A DNA stretch of 64,000 nt from Ylistrum balloti (lineage: Eukaryota): positions 62,001-126,000 of the forward strand of contig NW_026782586.1 of NCBI RefSeq assembly GCF_031769215.1, written 5' to 3'. Shown here piece by piece: positions 12,012-26,089 of the stretch; position 1 is the first letter of the stretch, and each line of letters begins with the position of its first letter. A model generated the notes under the pieces. The model saw only the letters and a program-made list of their open reading frames with translations. It had not been told where the DNA came from and ran no database searches. Both the position numbers and the translations under genes were made by a program.

Positions 12012-12990
12012 TGTAACCCCACTGTGCCCCCGCTCTCGTTCTGTTCCCGAATTCCTTTCTACTTGTTGTTTATATATAGCACATTGAAGTCCACAAGAAG
12101 GCTCGCTCCCTATCACGCTTCAGTAGAGTCAGTCTCACAACCGGAAGTTGTCCCTTTGGCATCCCTAGATCCAAGTGCAATGAGCAGCGAAAACTGCCCA
12201 GTATTTATAGGGGAAGCCAAAAGTCGGACAACTCCGCAGGTGGAAATTCCTCAAGAACAATGGTTGATCCTGGCGACCCAACCATATCAAGATTCTGTCA
12301 AAATGATACCGATTTGGACACAAAATGCAGAATCTTGGCGCCGTTTGTTATTGTGTATGGGATAAGTGCTGATGGATTGAGGATGCACATTTAGTGCAAC
12401 GACCGTTGATTGGTCCATTCCCCAATCCCAGGAAGCTATTGTCTGGAATGACAATTGGTACCACCAGTCTTCAGACCCACCGCATATTGGTCACTATTTA
12501 CATATATAATAATCAAATACTTAACAATTACGCAGAACCTAACATCTGCTAAATCGGTCATGTTTACCTTACATACTCATAATGCTGTACTAAGCAACTA
12601 TATACAATTCACTATCTAAACTATTATTTTCTCGTGACCTTGCAATATTTTACGTTATAATTATACAATCATCGTTACTCTAACTGTACTGCACTGTTTA
12701 TATATACACATCACATTTGTCTATATGAATTCTGGATACCATTGTTTACATAAGTCCCTACTTGCCTATGCAGTGCTGGACATGTAAAGGTCCAATTTGG
12801 TGCAATATACTATATACATATTTAACACTCAATTCCTGTTATAAGCTAAATTAAACAACAATATATTCATGAAAATTATTATTTTCATATTTAAAATTTC
12901 CAACCAACATTATATACAATAAAATACTGCTTCCTGTTCATATAACCATTTCCAGTTTAACAACAGAGTGATCTACTTGATAGTGTCACA
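12012..12990 (-). repeat. 5' LTR of env-bearing gypsy
   Basis: 979 bp repeat of 2216-3213, followed by the PBS. Confidence 0.95.
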
Positions 12991-13020
12991 GATTGCGTTA
13001 GTATTGGTCTACAAGTATTT

Positions 13021-16000
13021 TTGCCAAAACGTTTCATGCTGATTTATTGGGTAAGTAGAAGTATTCCTAGCATCCCACTCTTTAAGTTAATTGTACGAAA
13101 GTATGCGACGCAAGATGAAAGGTTATCTACAGACATGGAAGTAAGTGTTGATGAGTCCTCTAGCAATACAGGTGAGGTTTCAAAAAACACCGAAAGGGAT
13201 CGAAAACACACTGAAAAAGGGATGGAGTATAATATTAATCGGTGTTGTGCTAAATACCATTCTGCTGTGTCTGCATGGCGCAAGCATGCAAATAGAATAG
13301 AAGTTCTCCGATCAGACTCGACTAATCTGACCGATATTCGATCGGAACGCGATTTGTGCGAAAATCGTTTAACTGATATTTCCGCGACAATATCCCAGCT
13401 TACTCAGTTGTTTGATGAATGCAGAGAAGAAGAGGTTTTCAAACAGTACGAAAACCTAGAACATGAGATGCTGCAACGATATGATGTCATCGAAAGTGAA
13501 CATCAGCATATAATGCGTGACGTCGCTGACCGCATTCGCGAGATCGAGTCTGATAACGCGGAATTGAGTTCGCGACACAAAAGTCGTTCATGTCATAGTG
13601 GCTTCAGATCTGGGTCATGTGGCTCTACTGGAAGTACTTTAAAATCAAGAAGGTCAGATACCGCTGTTAGAGCAGCTGAGCTCAAGGCCAAGCTCAAGTT
13701 CATCGACATTGAGGCGAAACCTAAAGCTGACTTGAAAAGGGTTCAGACAATGAAACAGCTTGACATTGAGCAAGCTAAGTTAGAAGTCATGGACGATTTG
13801 GAGGAAAGTTTATTTTCGTCCAATGTTAAACCTTCACTTAAACTGTTGCCTCGAGAAAGGGTTGAAAGGGACGACTACGTTGAGAAGTATGTACGGGAAC
13901 ATGCGTATAGGCCGGTAGTAACTGAAGATGGTCTTAGCCCTACATCGAACATAGCCACTGCTACTAGTATAATTTCGACAGCTTCAAATGATTCTCGATT
14001 CGGAGCTGCTGTTATTTCAGAACCCGTAACATCCGCTGTTACTAGTACTGTCAATACGGTTAGTGGGGTGTTCCCTAGTGTTAACTTAAATTTAGGTATG
14101 CCATTACTTAAAGGTGTAGCCAGTACGTTAAACCCATTTCCCTGGGAATTTGTGCCAAAAGGCGCACTTCCGTTCCCTACTGCGTATAATAGCGCTCGGA
14201 CACAAACCACGTGGATGCCAGAATCTCAGTATTTGCGTACCGATATGTCGACCAACCACAACGCGTCTAGCAATGCAGCTGATCAGGGATCTGCCACGAA
14301 CCTGCCCTTGCCAAATGTCAGAACAAGGGCTGATGGCACTTGCGAAATCTCTTGCCGAGCAGGTTACTTTAAGTCGTCTTCCGCCCCCAGAACCGAGTGT
14401 ATTTTTCGGAGATCCTCTGCAATATCCTGGTTGGAAGGCCGCTTTCCAGACTCTAATAGAAGAGAGGAAGATACCGTCATCCGAAAGAATACACTACCTC
14501 AAGAATTATCTCGGTGGTTCTGTGAAGGAAGTGGTTGAGAATTACTTTCTGTTGTCAAGCGATGACGCTTATATGGATGGCAAGAACTTGCTCGACGAGC
14601 GATAAGGCGACCACTTTGTTGTAGCTAATGCTTTTCGTGACAAACTCGATAAATGGCCGAAGGTTAGTTCTCGCGATTCCAGTGGGTTGCGAAAGTTTTC
14701 GGACTTCCTCAGACAATGCCTCGCGGCATCGCAGAGCATAGGTAGACTGGACGTTCTCAATGACAGTCGAGAGAACAAGAAGATGCTATCCAAACTCCCA
14801 GACTGGATTGTCACCAGATGGGGAAGAATTGTAAACCAAACAAAGGAAGAAGGGAATAACTTTCCTCCCTTTAAGGACTTTGTAGCATTCGTTCAGAAGG
14901 AGGCGAAGATTGCATGCGATCCAGTCACTTCACTGCAGTCTTTCCGTACAGATCATGGGGATGATTCGAAATCTGCTAAGGTCACAAGACCTACAACAGG
15001 ACGAACGCTGATGACAGAGGCTTCGCCGAAGGAAGCTAAACCCTGTGGAACTTGTATTTTGTGTAAGAATAACCACGATCTGGATTGTTGTAAACAATTC
15101 CTATCCAAACCGTTGGATAAACGTAAGGAATATGCAAGGGAGAATGGTCTTTGTTTTGGATGTCTTGGGACAGGACACATATCAAAGAAATGTACTCAGC
15201 GGAAACAATGTAAAACATGCGCCAAACCCCATCCCAGTTCCTTACATGGCGATCTGCGAAAGTCAAAGCCTAATGACAAAAATAATAATGTTATAAATAA
15301 TACGAACCTTGATGGCGTTAAGGCTCCTGCGTCTACTAATTCCCATGTGCACGCTGCATTCAACAGTACAGGTACAAGTTGTATACCAGTGTATATTTCT
15401 CATTGTGACAACCCCGGAAGGGAGAAATTGGCTTATGCCTTGTTGGATACGCAGTCAGATACTACGTTTTTTCTGGAGGATACGTGTAGATCTCTTGGAA
15501 TTTCGGGTATGTATGTCAAACTTCTGCTTTCTACCATGTATGCAGAAAATCGAGTAGTGGACAGTCGCAAGGTAAAGGGCCTCGCCGTCCGTGGATTTAA
15601 CAGTTCTCTGAGCATACCACTCCCCGATACTTTCACACGAAGCATCATGCCGGCCAACCGAGCCCACATTCGTACACCGGAAAAGGCCAGACAATGGTCT
15701 TACTTGGAGCCTATTGGTGAGCTAATGCCGTTAACCGATTGCGAAGTCGGACTGCTCATCGGATATAATTGTGCGCGTGCGTTGGCTCCGCGTGAGGTAA
15801 TTGCGCCAAGCGACAGTAGACCCTATGGTCAGAGGACTGACCTTGGATGGGGCATTGTGGGTACTGTTGATGGGGCTAGTGTAGAAGACGTTGATCCTGT
15901 TGGCACGAGCCATCGTAGTATTACGTGTACGGTGCCACCTGCTCTATCATCGGGTGATAGCGAAAAGGTTCCTGACCATGTAGTCTTCTCCTTTAGGTGT

Positions 16001-19000
16001 AGTATCAAGGAGATTATTAATCCCGAAGAACTCGCGTTGATGCTAGAACAGGATTTCAACGAACCCAGTGATACCAACGCAACTTATTCGCATGAGGATC
16101 GTCAATTCCTCAACCTGCTGAAGGACGGAATTCACATCGACAACGGACATTATGAGATGCCATGCCGTGCCTTCCTAACAACAAGACGTTGGCACTAAGT
16201 CGACTTAAACAACTGAAGAAACGCTTGGATTCTAACAACAAATACCGGGAGCACTATACTTCTTTCATGGCAGAGCTAATAGGAAAGGGCTTTGCAGAAA
16301 GAGTCCCAGAAGCTGATATCGAGCTTGAAGACGGGCACGAATGGTATATTCCTCATCGTGGTGTTTATCACCCCCAGAAACCGAATAAAATTCGGGTAGT
16401 CTTTGTTCAAGTTCAAGGGAGAATCCTTAAATTCTCACCTTTTACAGGGACCAAATCTTACCAATACTCTTATCGGTGTCCTGTGTCGTTTCCGTAAAGA
16501 GCCGATTGCGTTTATGTGCGACATCGAACAAATGTTCCACCAGTTCAAGGTAAACGTTGAACTCTGAAACTATCTCCGATTCTTGTGGTGGGAAAATGAA
16601 GACAGCCGTGATGAGCCGATTGAATATCGTATGAGTGTTCATCTTTTCGGCGCCTCGTCATCGCCTGGTTGTGCCAACTTTGCCTTGAAACAAATGGCCT
16701 CTGACAACGAAGAGGAATTCGGATCAGATATTGCGAACTTTATAAAGCGTGACTTTTATGTCGACGACGGGCTGAAGTCCTTACAAACTATCGACATGGC
16801 TGTGGACATGATCAAAGGCAGTAAGGATATGTGCGGCAAAGGTGGATTGCGTCTGCATAAATTTCTGTCAAGCTCGAAGGAGGTGTTGAAGCACATTCCT
16901 GAAGAAGACCGAGCCAAGGGACTCGAGGACATTGACGTAGTCCATGATAAACTTCTGTTGAACGAGCTCTTGGCATACAGTGGTGTATAGAATCAGACTC
17001 CTTCCGGTTTCGAGTTGTTGTGAACGATCGCCCGCTGACTAGACGTGGGGTTCTATCAACTCTCTGCTCGGTTTACGATCCATTGGGATTTATCTCTCCG
17101 TTCATTCTCGTTGGCAAACAGATTTTGCAGCAGATGTGCAAGGGTCATGCGGACTGGGACAGTCCACTTCCTGACACTTTGACGACAAAATGGGAGCGTT
17201 GGAGAGAGGACCTGAAGAACCTCAAGAACATTCAGATCAAACGGTGTTTGAAACCTGATGATTTTGGAGATGTCATCTCGACTGAGCTTCATCATTTCTC
17301 GGATGCGAGTACTAGTGGTTACGGCCAGTGTTCTTATATTAGGCTAGTCAACAGTGAGCAACGAGTGCATTGTGCGTTGTTAATGGGCAAGGCAAGGGTA
17401 GCTCCGTTAAAAACCCGTTACGATTCCCCGGCTAGAACTTGTGGCAGCTTTGGTGTCCGTGCGAGTGAGTTCCATGCTGCTTCGGGAACTTACATGCGAC
17501 CATGTTACGCAGTGGTTCTGGACTGATAGTAGTGTGGTCCTGGGATATATTGGGAACGATTCTCGGAGATTTCATGTATTTGTGTCCAATCGCGTAAAAC
17601 AGATTCGGGACCACACAGAGCCATCTCAGTGGAAACACGTCAGCACTAGGAACAACCCCGCTGATGTTGCGTCTCGAGGTGCAACGGCTGACGATTTGGT
17701 GAAGCATACAAATTGGTTAAGAGGACCAGAATTCCTTTGGAAAAACGACCCCTTTGTAGAATGTGATATTTTGGACAAACCCGTTCTTTCCCCGGATGAC
17801 CCAGAGGTTAAGAAGGTTCAAGTGTTTGACACGGTGGTTGAGCCAGCTAGTGAAGGTTCATTACTGGACTGCCTGGAATATTTCTCCGATTGGACGAGAG
17901 CCAAGAGAGCAGTAGCTCTGTGCTTGGAATTCAAACGCATGTTGAGGACCAGGTCTATTCGGAGGCGAAATGTGTCCGTAGAGGACCTTCAGAATGCAGA
18001 GGTGGCTATTGTCAAGCTTGTTCAGGAAAATGCCTTTAAGGAGGATATCGAGCTTCTTCGTGCCTCCGAGATGTCTTCAGATAACTGCGATCAGAAACGG
18101 AAATGTCGTCTCAAAGGTACATCGTCTCTGTGTGGTTTGGATCCGTTCCTCGACGAAAGGGGAATTCTGCGAGTCGGTGGACGTATTCGACAGGGTGAAT
18201 TTAGTACCGAAATGAAGCATCCTGTCATTCTCCCCAGGAAGGCTCATATCACTGAGCTTGTGGTTCGTCATTTTCACCAGATTGTGAGGCACCAAGGACG
18301 TGGTATAACCACAAACGAAATTAGAGCCAATGGCTTCTGGATTATCGGATGCAGCTCTGCTGTTTCGAGTTGTATCTACAAATGCGTAACATGTCGCAAG
18401 CTGCGAGGCTGCTCTCAGGGTCAGAAGATGGCTGACTTGCCTGCAGATAGACTGCAGTCTGAACCTCCATTTACGTTTAGTGGAATGGATCTCTTTGGTC
18501 CCTTCTACATCAAGGAAGGCCGAAAGGAGTTGAAGAGGTACAGTGTTCTATTTACGTGCATGTCGAGTCGTGCCATCCATCTGAAAACGGCAAACTCTCT
18601 GGATACCAGCTCGTTCATTAATGCACTAAGAAGATTTCTCTCTATTCGTGGTCCAGTAAGACAATTGAGATCGGACAGAGGAACAAATTTTGTGGGTGCT
18701 GAGCGCGAGCTCAAAGAGGTTCTTCTGGAACTTGATGATCAGGCGCTTCAGCGGTACCTCTCCGACAAGGGTTGCGATTACATTGGCTTCAAGATGAATG
18801 TACCCTCCGCTAGCCACATGGGTGGTGTATGGGAGAGACAGATCCGTTCGGTCAGGAATGTTCTTGCGTCGTTGATGCACCAGTCTAGTTCCCAGTTGGA
18901 CGACGAGACCCTTAGAATCTTCTTGTGTGAAGTTTCGCTATAGTGAATAGTAGACCACTCACTGTTACTAACCTGGATGATTCACACTCGGTGGAACCTT

Positions 19001-19446
19001 TGACTCCGAATCACTTGTTGACCATGAAATCAAAGATAATCTTGCCGCCGCCTGGTCAGTTCCAGCGGACAGATCTCTATTGCCGTCGAAGATGGCGTCG
19101 TGTGCAGTATCTTGCCAACGAATTCTGGAATCGTTGGAGAAAGGAGTTTCTCCAGAATCTACAAGTGAGAAACAAATGGACTTCTCCAAAGCGAAACGTG
19201 GAAATCGGAGATGTAGTGATCATCAAGGATGACAACTTGTCGAGGAATCACTGGCGTCTTGGCCGTGTCGTCGAGACATTTATCGAAAAGGATGGACTAG
19301 TGCGCAAGGTTAGACTTGCTGTTGGTGTTCCTACGCTGGACAAGCAAGGTAGACGAGATGGTCCAGAGAACTTTCTTGAGCGACCGATACACAAGTTGGT
19401 GCTATTACTCGAGACCGAGGAATTCCCCACCGAGGAGCCAGAGTAG
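13021..19446 (+). pseudogene. BEL/Pao gag-pol polyprotein, several frameshifts and stops
   Basis: EPSVFFGDPLQY gag motif; three Cys/His knuckles (CILC, CFGC, CKTC); protease YALLDTQS; RT YVDDG; RNase H LHHFSDAS; integrase GMDLFGP, RSDRGTNF and GGVWERQI; C-terminal PLTPNHLL domain. Confidence 0.93.
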
Positions 19447-19654
19447 TATAGTAGTCCAATCGTACAATTAGTACAAGATATGAGCAAGTGTTCACTCGTC
19501 AAATCCAATAGAGGTATAGTATTCTAGTCAGTTTATCTAGTCACGTTAACGAAGTTTGTCTAGTCAATTTCAAATGCGTCAGGTTTGTATAGTCAGTACT
19601 ACCTAGTTATTGAAATGGTTGGGTAAAATAAGTTTCCCTAATTTTGGGGAGCCA

Positions 19655-20229
19655 TGTAACAGTACGTGATAAGGCGGTAGGAGTTAGCTCCCTTGATCGG
19701 AACTCTCTAACTTGGTTGGGTGCGTTTGTTGGTAAAACCTGCGGGAACCGAGACCATGGGGTTGGGTCTCTGCGAGGATTCCTGTTTGTTTTCTGCGTTG
19801 CGAGTAAGCCCAAGGAGGTTATTACTATTAATTGTTATTTTTCTACAATCGTATTTGTTCCGGAATGCTATCAAATACTGTAATTTCGATTCTAGTCAAC
19901 AAATTGCTTGTCAAATTCGCTAATATGCATAACTGATTTCCATCAAATATTTACTGGCAGATTGAAGTGCTTTCTATGTAATTAATGTTTTATAATCGTA
20001 ATCTAATAGTGAGAATCTGTAAACTTTGTATGTTTTAGTTTTCACGGTGAAGTTGAAGTTTAAGTGTGTAGATTCTGCGTTCGATATATCCAATAAACAA
20101 AGCTTCATCTGTAATTCACAAAGACTCGTTGGCTTACTTACGTGGGAGTTGCGGCCCCTTGATCTTAACCAGTTTGCGAAAACTATAGTGCACGTCACCT
20201 ATATTGGTCTGTGTGCTACTGTCGTTACA
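19655..20229 (+). repeat. 3' LTR of BEL/Pao element
   Basis: 575 bp repeat of 879-1452, preceded by the PPT and followed by the TSD. Confidence 0.95.
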
Positions 20230-20234
20230 ACACT

Positions 20235-23200
20235 GTTGTTTTAGCAAATAATCAGACAATATCTATTACAGGAACTGCTTGTATCAAGATATGTGTAGAG
20301 GGAGCAATACATAACATACCTGTCCATATTCTACCGCATACCTCTCACCCGCTTATTCTTGGGATTCAATATTTACGGGACAAAGGAGTTGTTCTGAACC
20401 TTTCTGACCAGACATGCACATTTGGCACTACTACCGTGAAATGTTCTCGAAGAACTGTTATTCCTGCAAATACAGAGGTAGTGATTTGGGGAACACTTCC
20501 GAACTTAGAGATGTCCTTTTATGGTTCTCAATGTGATTGCTGTAGTAGCAGGTATTGTCAGCTTCTAGTGGCCAAGACACTTGTTACTGTATCCCATGAC
20601 AATATGGTATCTATCAAAAATTTGAACTCTACATCTACATCTAAAACGATTCTATCAGGGAAACCTATTACGGAATTCGAACACACAACAGCCCAATGCG
20701 AAACCGAAACATCAGCGGCCTTATCGATTACCACCAGACAAAAGAGAAGTTCTCGGACTTGATGAACATCTTCGCCAATGAATCATTTCTCAGGTAGATG
20801 AATCAGAAAAGATCCTGATCACTAGTCCTGTTGTCCTTGTTTCGAAAAAGTCCAGTTACTAAGGAATCCAGTCTTTCCGAGTTCTGGTTCTGTGCTGACT
20901 TCCGCTATTTAAACTCACAGACCCAGACATTTCAATATGAGATTCCCAACCTCAATGCGCTGACAGAATCCTTCTCTGACAAAACCCCTTAATACTTCAC
21001 TTCGATCGATCTCTCTTCAGGATCTTCCAAATGCCTATTGATTCGGACAACGCCAGACTCACAGCACTCAATACATGCTATGGTATATATAGGTTCTAGA
21101 GACTACCGATGGGTTTAAGCTCAGCTCCAAGTACCTTTCAGCTGTTGATGGACAAAGTGCTCCGCGGCTGTACCTTTAAATCTTGTCTGTGCTATTTGGA
21201 TGATATTCTTATCGCATCATCTACTGTTTCACAACACTTGGAAGACCTTGATGGTTACAACTAGGTCCTAGGAAATGCTCCTTCGCTCAAGAATCATGTA
21301 TTTTTCTCGGTCACCTAATATCGAAGGATGGTATTTCACCGCCACTTGACCGGGTTATGGCTGTACAGGTACATCAGTATTCCACAAAAAAATCAAAGCT
21401 CTTCGGCGCATTCTTGGCCTTTTTGACTGGTTTCGAAAGTTCATTCTGAAATAGTGTTGCCGCACAACCACTAGTTCACCTCACACAAAAAGGTATACCC
21501 TTTCGATGAACAGAAATACATCAAACGGCATTGGACAATCTAAAAACCCTTTCGCAGAACTCAAGAGTTCTTGCTTTTCCAAACTTTGATTTGACCTTCT
21601 GCCTTGCTGTTGATATCTGCGCGAACGGAATTGGTTATATGCTCTACTAAAAGCCCAATGATACCTCTGCAGATTTCCGTGTCATCAGATTTGGATCAAA
21701 ATCACTCAGTAAGTGGCAGCAGTCGTACGGCCAAACTAAACTAGAACTATTGGGAATGGTAACAGCTATCCTGGATTGTGCTACTCATCTTCGGGAACGG
21801 AAATTCATCGTAGAGTGTGACCACCAAACTTTACGGCCATTGTTCCAAAAGCAAATGAAAGGGGTCATATATGAAAGGTGGATCGCGATCTTACAACAAT
21901 TCAATTTTGAGATATGTTATAAACCGGCAGCACAGATGCAAGTTGCTGATACGTTGTCGCGATCTCCTCAGCCAAGTAATGACTCCAACAGTCCAGATGA
22001 AGATGATTCGTACTTTCCGTACTTAAAAGACAACACGGGGAACATAGTGGTACCAAATAGTCATTTTCTACATGGTCTGTAAGCTGATGATTCGCTTGAT
22101 ACCTACAAAATCTCTTGTTAGCACACGGACTCAAGAGGAAGTGTATGACGCTGATTCAGGGGATGTGGAAGAACTCAAAATACGAACGCGATCAAAGAAA
22201 TGTAAAAGCCGAAAACAGTGCTTTCGGACACCATTTATCAATAAAGACATAAAGATCGATATTGTGGAACCAAGTGATATTTTGGACAAATCCTGCTCTT
22301 TGACAACGCAAAGTTGTTCGTGTGATTCTTCGAACCAATCAAGTTCGATAAAGTACATTTCCTCTGATGCCTTAACAGACAAAGATGCAGTCTCCTTTTA
22401 GCAATAACAATGAAGATTTTGGTGCACCAAGCGTTACGATGGATCCATGGGGTCAGAGCGAGCATAGTGCTGCACAAAGCACGGCAGTAGATTCATCAGA
22501 CTAAACTGAGGATAATAATAAGAAATGCTTGACATCAGATTATGTAGCCACAACTACTGACAATACTGATCCGCTATTGGATCAAGTGCGAGCCATTGAC
22601 TTATTTTCTAAAGGAACTTTTGATCTTGACACAGTCAAGACCCTACAGCATCAAGATAAAGCCTTGCGTGTATTTATTGACTACCTCTTGCATGATTGCT
22701 TGCCTTCGTCACAAAAAGAATCACGGCGTGTGTTAATTGAAGGTTCTGACTACCTACTTCATGAAAGAGTTGCGAATTGCAAATACAATACGAACGGAAT
22801 CTCTACAACATTATCAGTTGGCAATTCCAGATGTCATGGTACGAACAGTAATAAAACTTTACCATGACACCCTTTTAGGAGGCCATGGCGGCATCCAACA
22901 TGGAGTAAATAGTATACGGGATTGGTATTTTTTCCGCGTCTTGCTACAATTGTTGCAGATTTTGTTCGATCCTGTCCACAATGCCAGGCTAGGAAAACCA
23001 CTCGAGCCCACACGAAATCTGGAATCGTGGCCTTTCCGACACCAACGCAACCATTCGACGTATGGGAGATTGATCTGTATGGGCCAGTACCTGTCGATCG
23101 CCATGTTCAGTAAATACCTTTTTGCAGTTCCAATTCGCAACAAAGACGCTATCACGGTAACAGAAGCAATTTACTCGCTTATCACAACATTTGGTGTATG

Positions 23201-24296
23201 TAAAACATTGATATCAGATCAAGGATCCGAGTTTATCTTAAAGTGCACCAAAGAGGTTTGTCGTCTTCTTGATATCAAGTAGCAATTTACGCCGAGTTTT
23301 ACTCACCATTGCCTTGGATCTGTGGAGAGAACGCACAGGACACCCAACAGATTTTGACACTATCCCGAGGGACTACAACCACTATATCAAGATGATTAGT
23401 GAACGCTTGGATACAATCCGAGAAGATGTTTCCAAACATGCCGCAGTCGCTAAGGATGCTTTCTTGAAAAGGGAAAACTCTAAAACCAAGCCCTTACATG
23501 TGGATGCTGGGGATTATGTGTACTTGTTGAAAGACCCTACTGGAAAAGGACAGAAGTTTCAGAACAAGTATGCTGGGCCCTTTGTTATTCATGGGGTATT
23601 TTCATCTCATCTAATGCATCTAATGGACCCTACCTCTGCCAAATTACTACCTCGCCAGATCCACATGAACCGCCTTAAACTCGCGTATGTCCGTGTTCCG
23701 GAACCTACAGGATACTTTCTACCGAAAGTTACTCGGACACAAGCACAGCCAAATCCACCAGGTAATCAATTGGTCTATTTGATCACTACAAACATAGATA
23801 CTGTATCTGGTGATGACAGTGTATACAATACCGGAACCAAAGAGGATAGTGAGCCCTCCGGCTCTATCACTAAAGAGAGTGGAAATCAGACGGATTCATC
23901 TGTAGATGACACTGTCTGCGGGTCTAGCAAGCATTCAGACTTGCATATTCCAAGTGTGGTTCAAAACTTGTTTGATAACGATCCAACGTCTCCTCAGCAG
24001 CTTCATGATACCACATCGGCACATAACAAGCGAAATCCAGTGGATGCCCGTCGGCCCGTAAGGACAAATCGGAAACCTGATCGTTTTCGGGATGAGCACC
24101 ATGTTGATCCTAATGAACTACATCTACAAACGGATCTGGGATCTGTAAGGTTCAAAAGGTTTTAGCTCGTAGAAAACACTGCAACGACTACCATTATCGT
24201 GTTCATCACAGAGGAGAGCCCGCCAAATATGCCACATGGGTTTTAGTGGAGAAGTTGGATCCAAAGACTCGTGCATCGTGCGCCCGCCATCTCTAG
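20235..24296 (+). pseudogene. pol: pol of element A (PR C-half, RT, RNase H, IN, chromodomain-like C-terminus)
   Basis: LILGIQYL protease end; RT and RH motifs; LLGGHGG...CPQC integrase zinc finger; frameshifted tail KVLARRKH..YHYRVHHRGEPAKYATWV at 24156-24296. Confidence 0.85.
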
Positions 24297-24686
24297 TGTA
24301 ATGTTCTGGCAATGTGCTGTTAAATGCTTTTGAAGAAACTAAACTGTCGTGCAGTCTTTCGATTTATATTAACTAAAATCTACAAACTTCGATGTTTTGA
24401 TCGTAATTGAATCAATGTTTACCATTTTGGAGACTTCATTTTCATATTCACTAGAAATAGGAATGTACATGTAGTCAAGTAACATGTTATTATAATCACT
24501 CATATCAGTATACTTTTTCTAAGAATATCCGGGATAATACCATGTTTTTTCAACAATGTCTGTATCTACAAGTGTACTAGCTGTATAATGCCTTAACACG
24601 TAATATATAGTATACTGCAAAAGGATACTGTCGAGATACATATTAGATCTTTATCCTCCTTGAGAGATTAGAAGAATCTTGTCATA

Positions 24687-24688
<2 letters not shown>

Positions 24689-24721
<33 letters not shown>
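24689..24721. repeat. (AT)n microsatellite
   Basis: About 16 perfect AT units in the 3' region of element A. Confidence 0.95.
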
Positions 24722-24725
<4 letters not shown>

Positions 24726-25230
24726 ACTCATCTGTATTCCTACAGGAGTTCTTGAACGCCATCTGATGATTTTAGTTATCACAGAGTACTTATAGAAATA
24801 AGCCTTGTAATCACTGTACATGATGAATGTGTATTGTATTCTGGAGAGAAATGGTACAGAAGATATTTGTAGTAGGGGCAGCTAATCTAAGTTAGACAAA
24901 TTCCTTTAATGTAACAATGTTCTCATGTTTTGTAACTTTATTTTGTTAATCTTTTTCTGTTAGTGTTAAAATCAATTTCTCGTTTCTCCCTCTCTAAACC
25001 CACTGAAAAATTGCATGTTGCAATTTTAATTTAAAGGGGCGGATGTTGTGTTGTACTAATGGGTTGGGGGAGGGAGGTAACTCGAATTGATTGGTATTAA
25101 ATCATTGTTTGGTTGAGGTTGAAACTCTTCATATAGAAGGGAGTAAAAAAGTGATGAATAATAAAATTTTGGAAAGGAGATAATTTTCCTCTCACATGCA
25201 GCGCTAACAATCTGTCATTGTAGTTGCAAA

Positions 25231-26067
25231 TGTAATGAAAATTGAAGTATAAGAGTAATGTCCCTTGAATATGACTTGTGTAATGGAAATTGAAGTATAA
25301 GATTTATGTCCCTTGAATATAACTATAGCTAATTACATATTGGTTAATTTGTTCATCTAATGATTTTTGTCGATTAATACAAATGTTTATATTTATGTAG
25401 TAAGATATGGAAAGGTATTTTGTACTATGTTAATAGTTTAGTATGCATCATTTATGGTAAATTAAATATCAACAATTGTCACACCTAATGAAAGAGTTTA
25501 TTAGACATGTAAATAGAAATTACTTTGAATTATTGCGAGATACACAGACGACGAAAGACTTCTTACTAAGCAAGTAACACAGTCATTTGCAACAGGTGGT
25601 AGGTGAAAGTCTGAAATAGTGGCTTTTCCGAAACCGCTTGTCAAGCTGGTGCGAGAGTTGTTTAGTTCTCACCGAAGCTTGGACTTTTGACTGTGGGTAG
25701 CTAGCTATAGGGTGAGGTTAGAACCCGAGCTAGGAACACGAGCAAGGGTTGACTTAGTTGGTAGGACAACCTAGTGCTTAGTCAGGACCGACTAAGTGGT
25801 ATTGCTCGGCGACTAGTTCAGTAGTTGGAACTAGGGTTAGGTGAAGTCACTGGGTGTCGAGCTTGCACTCACGCTCACATGCTAGTCAGAACAGTCTGTG
25901 TCGGGACAGCAGTCCATGTGAATACTAGTTCGTTCGTTAGTTTTATTGTTAACTCAGGTAGTGTTTGCTGTTCCACGCTATATGTATATATCGGCATTTG
26001 TTAGCTAGTATCTCTGCAAGGAATCAGAGACTTACCCACCGTGTGTAAAGCTAGGCTGCACGTTACA
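25231..26067 (+). repeat. 5' LTR of element C
   Basis: 837 bp; starts with a ~48-bp internal tandem duplication; lacks 35 bp present in the 3' LTR. Confidence 0.95.
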
Positions 26068-26071
26068 AAAT

Positions 26072-26089
26072 TGGTGGCAGCGGTGGGAT
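26072..26089 (+). promoter_or_regulatory. Primer-binding site, tRNA-Leu type
   Basis: TGGTGGCAGCGGTGGGAT, 4 nt after the 5' LTR; complement of the tRNA-Leu 3' end ATCCCACCGCTGCCA-CCA. Confidence 0.85.

Larger units (their letters stand above)
2216..12990 (-). mobile_element. Envelope-bearing Ty3/gypsy element (errantivirus-like architecture), nested in the BEL 5' UTR
   Basis: LTRs 12990-12012 and 3213-2216; 4-bp TSD GATT (2212-2215 and 12991-12994); tRNA-His PBS; PPT GTATGGGACGGA next to 3213; gag, pol (PR-RT-RH-IN) and env-like ORFs on the - strand. Confidence 0.95.
879..20229 (+). mobile_element. BEL/Pao LTR retrotransposon, full length, degenerate
   Basis: Direct LTRs 879-1452 and 19655-20229 (TGTAAC...GTTACA); 5-bp TSD ACACT (874-878 and 20230-20234); PPT TTTGGGGAGCCA before the 3' LTR; BEL-type gag-pol at 13021-19446. 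Confidence 0.95.
1..25230 (+). mobile_element. Decayed Ty3/gypsy LTR retrotransposon A (5' end outside window; interrupted by BEL/Pao at 879-20229 and by element C at 25231)
   Basis: Gag zinc knuckles (319-588); protease LIDTG (663-878, resuming at 20235); RT SIDLSSG and YLDD (20.9-21.2 kb); RNase H KLELLGMV/ECDHQ (21.6-22.1 kb); integrase HHCC and ISDQGSEF (22.7-23.3 kb); polypurine tract AAAGGGGCGGA followed by TG at 25044 (putative 3' LTR start). Many stops and frameshifts. Confidence 0.85.
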
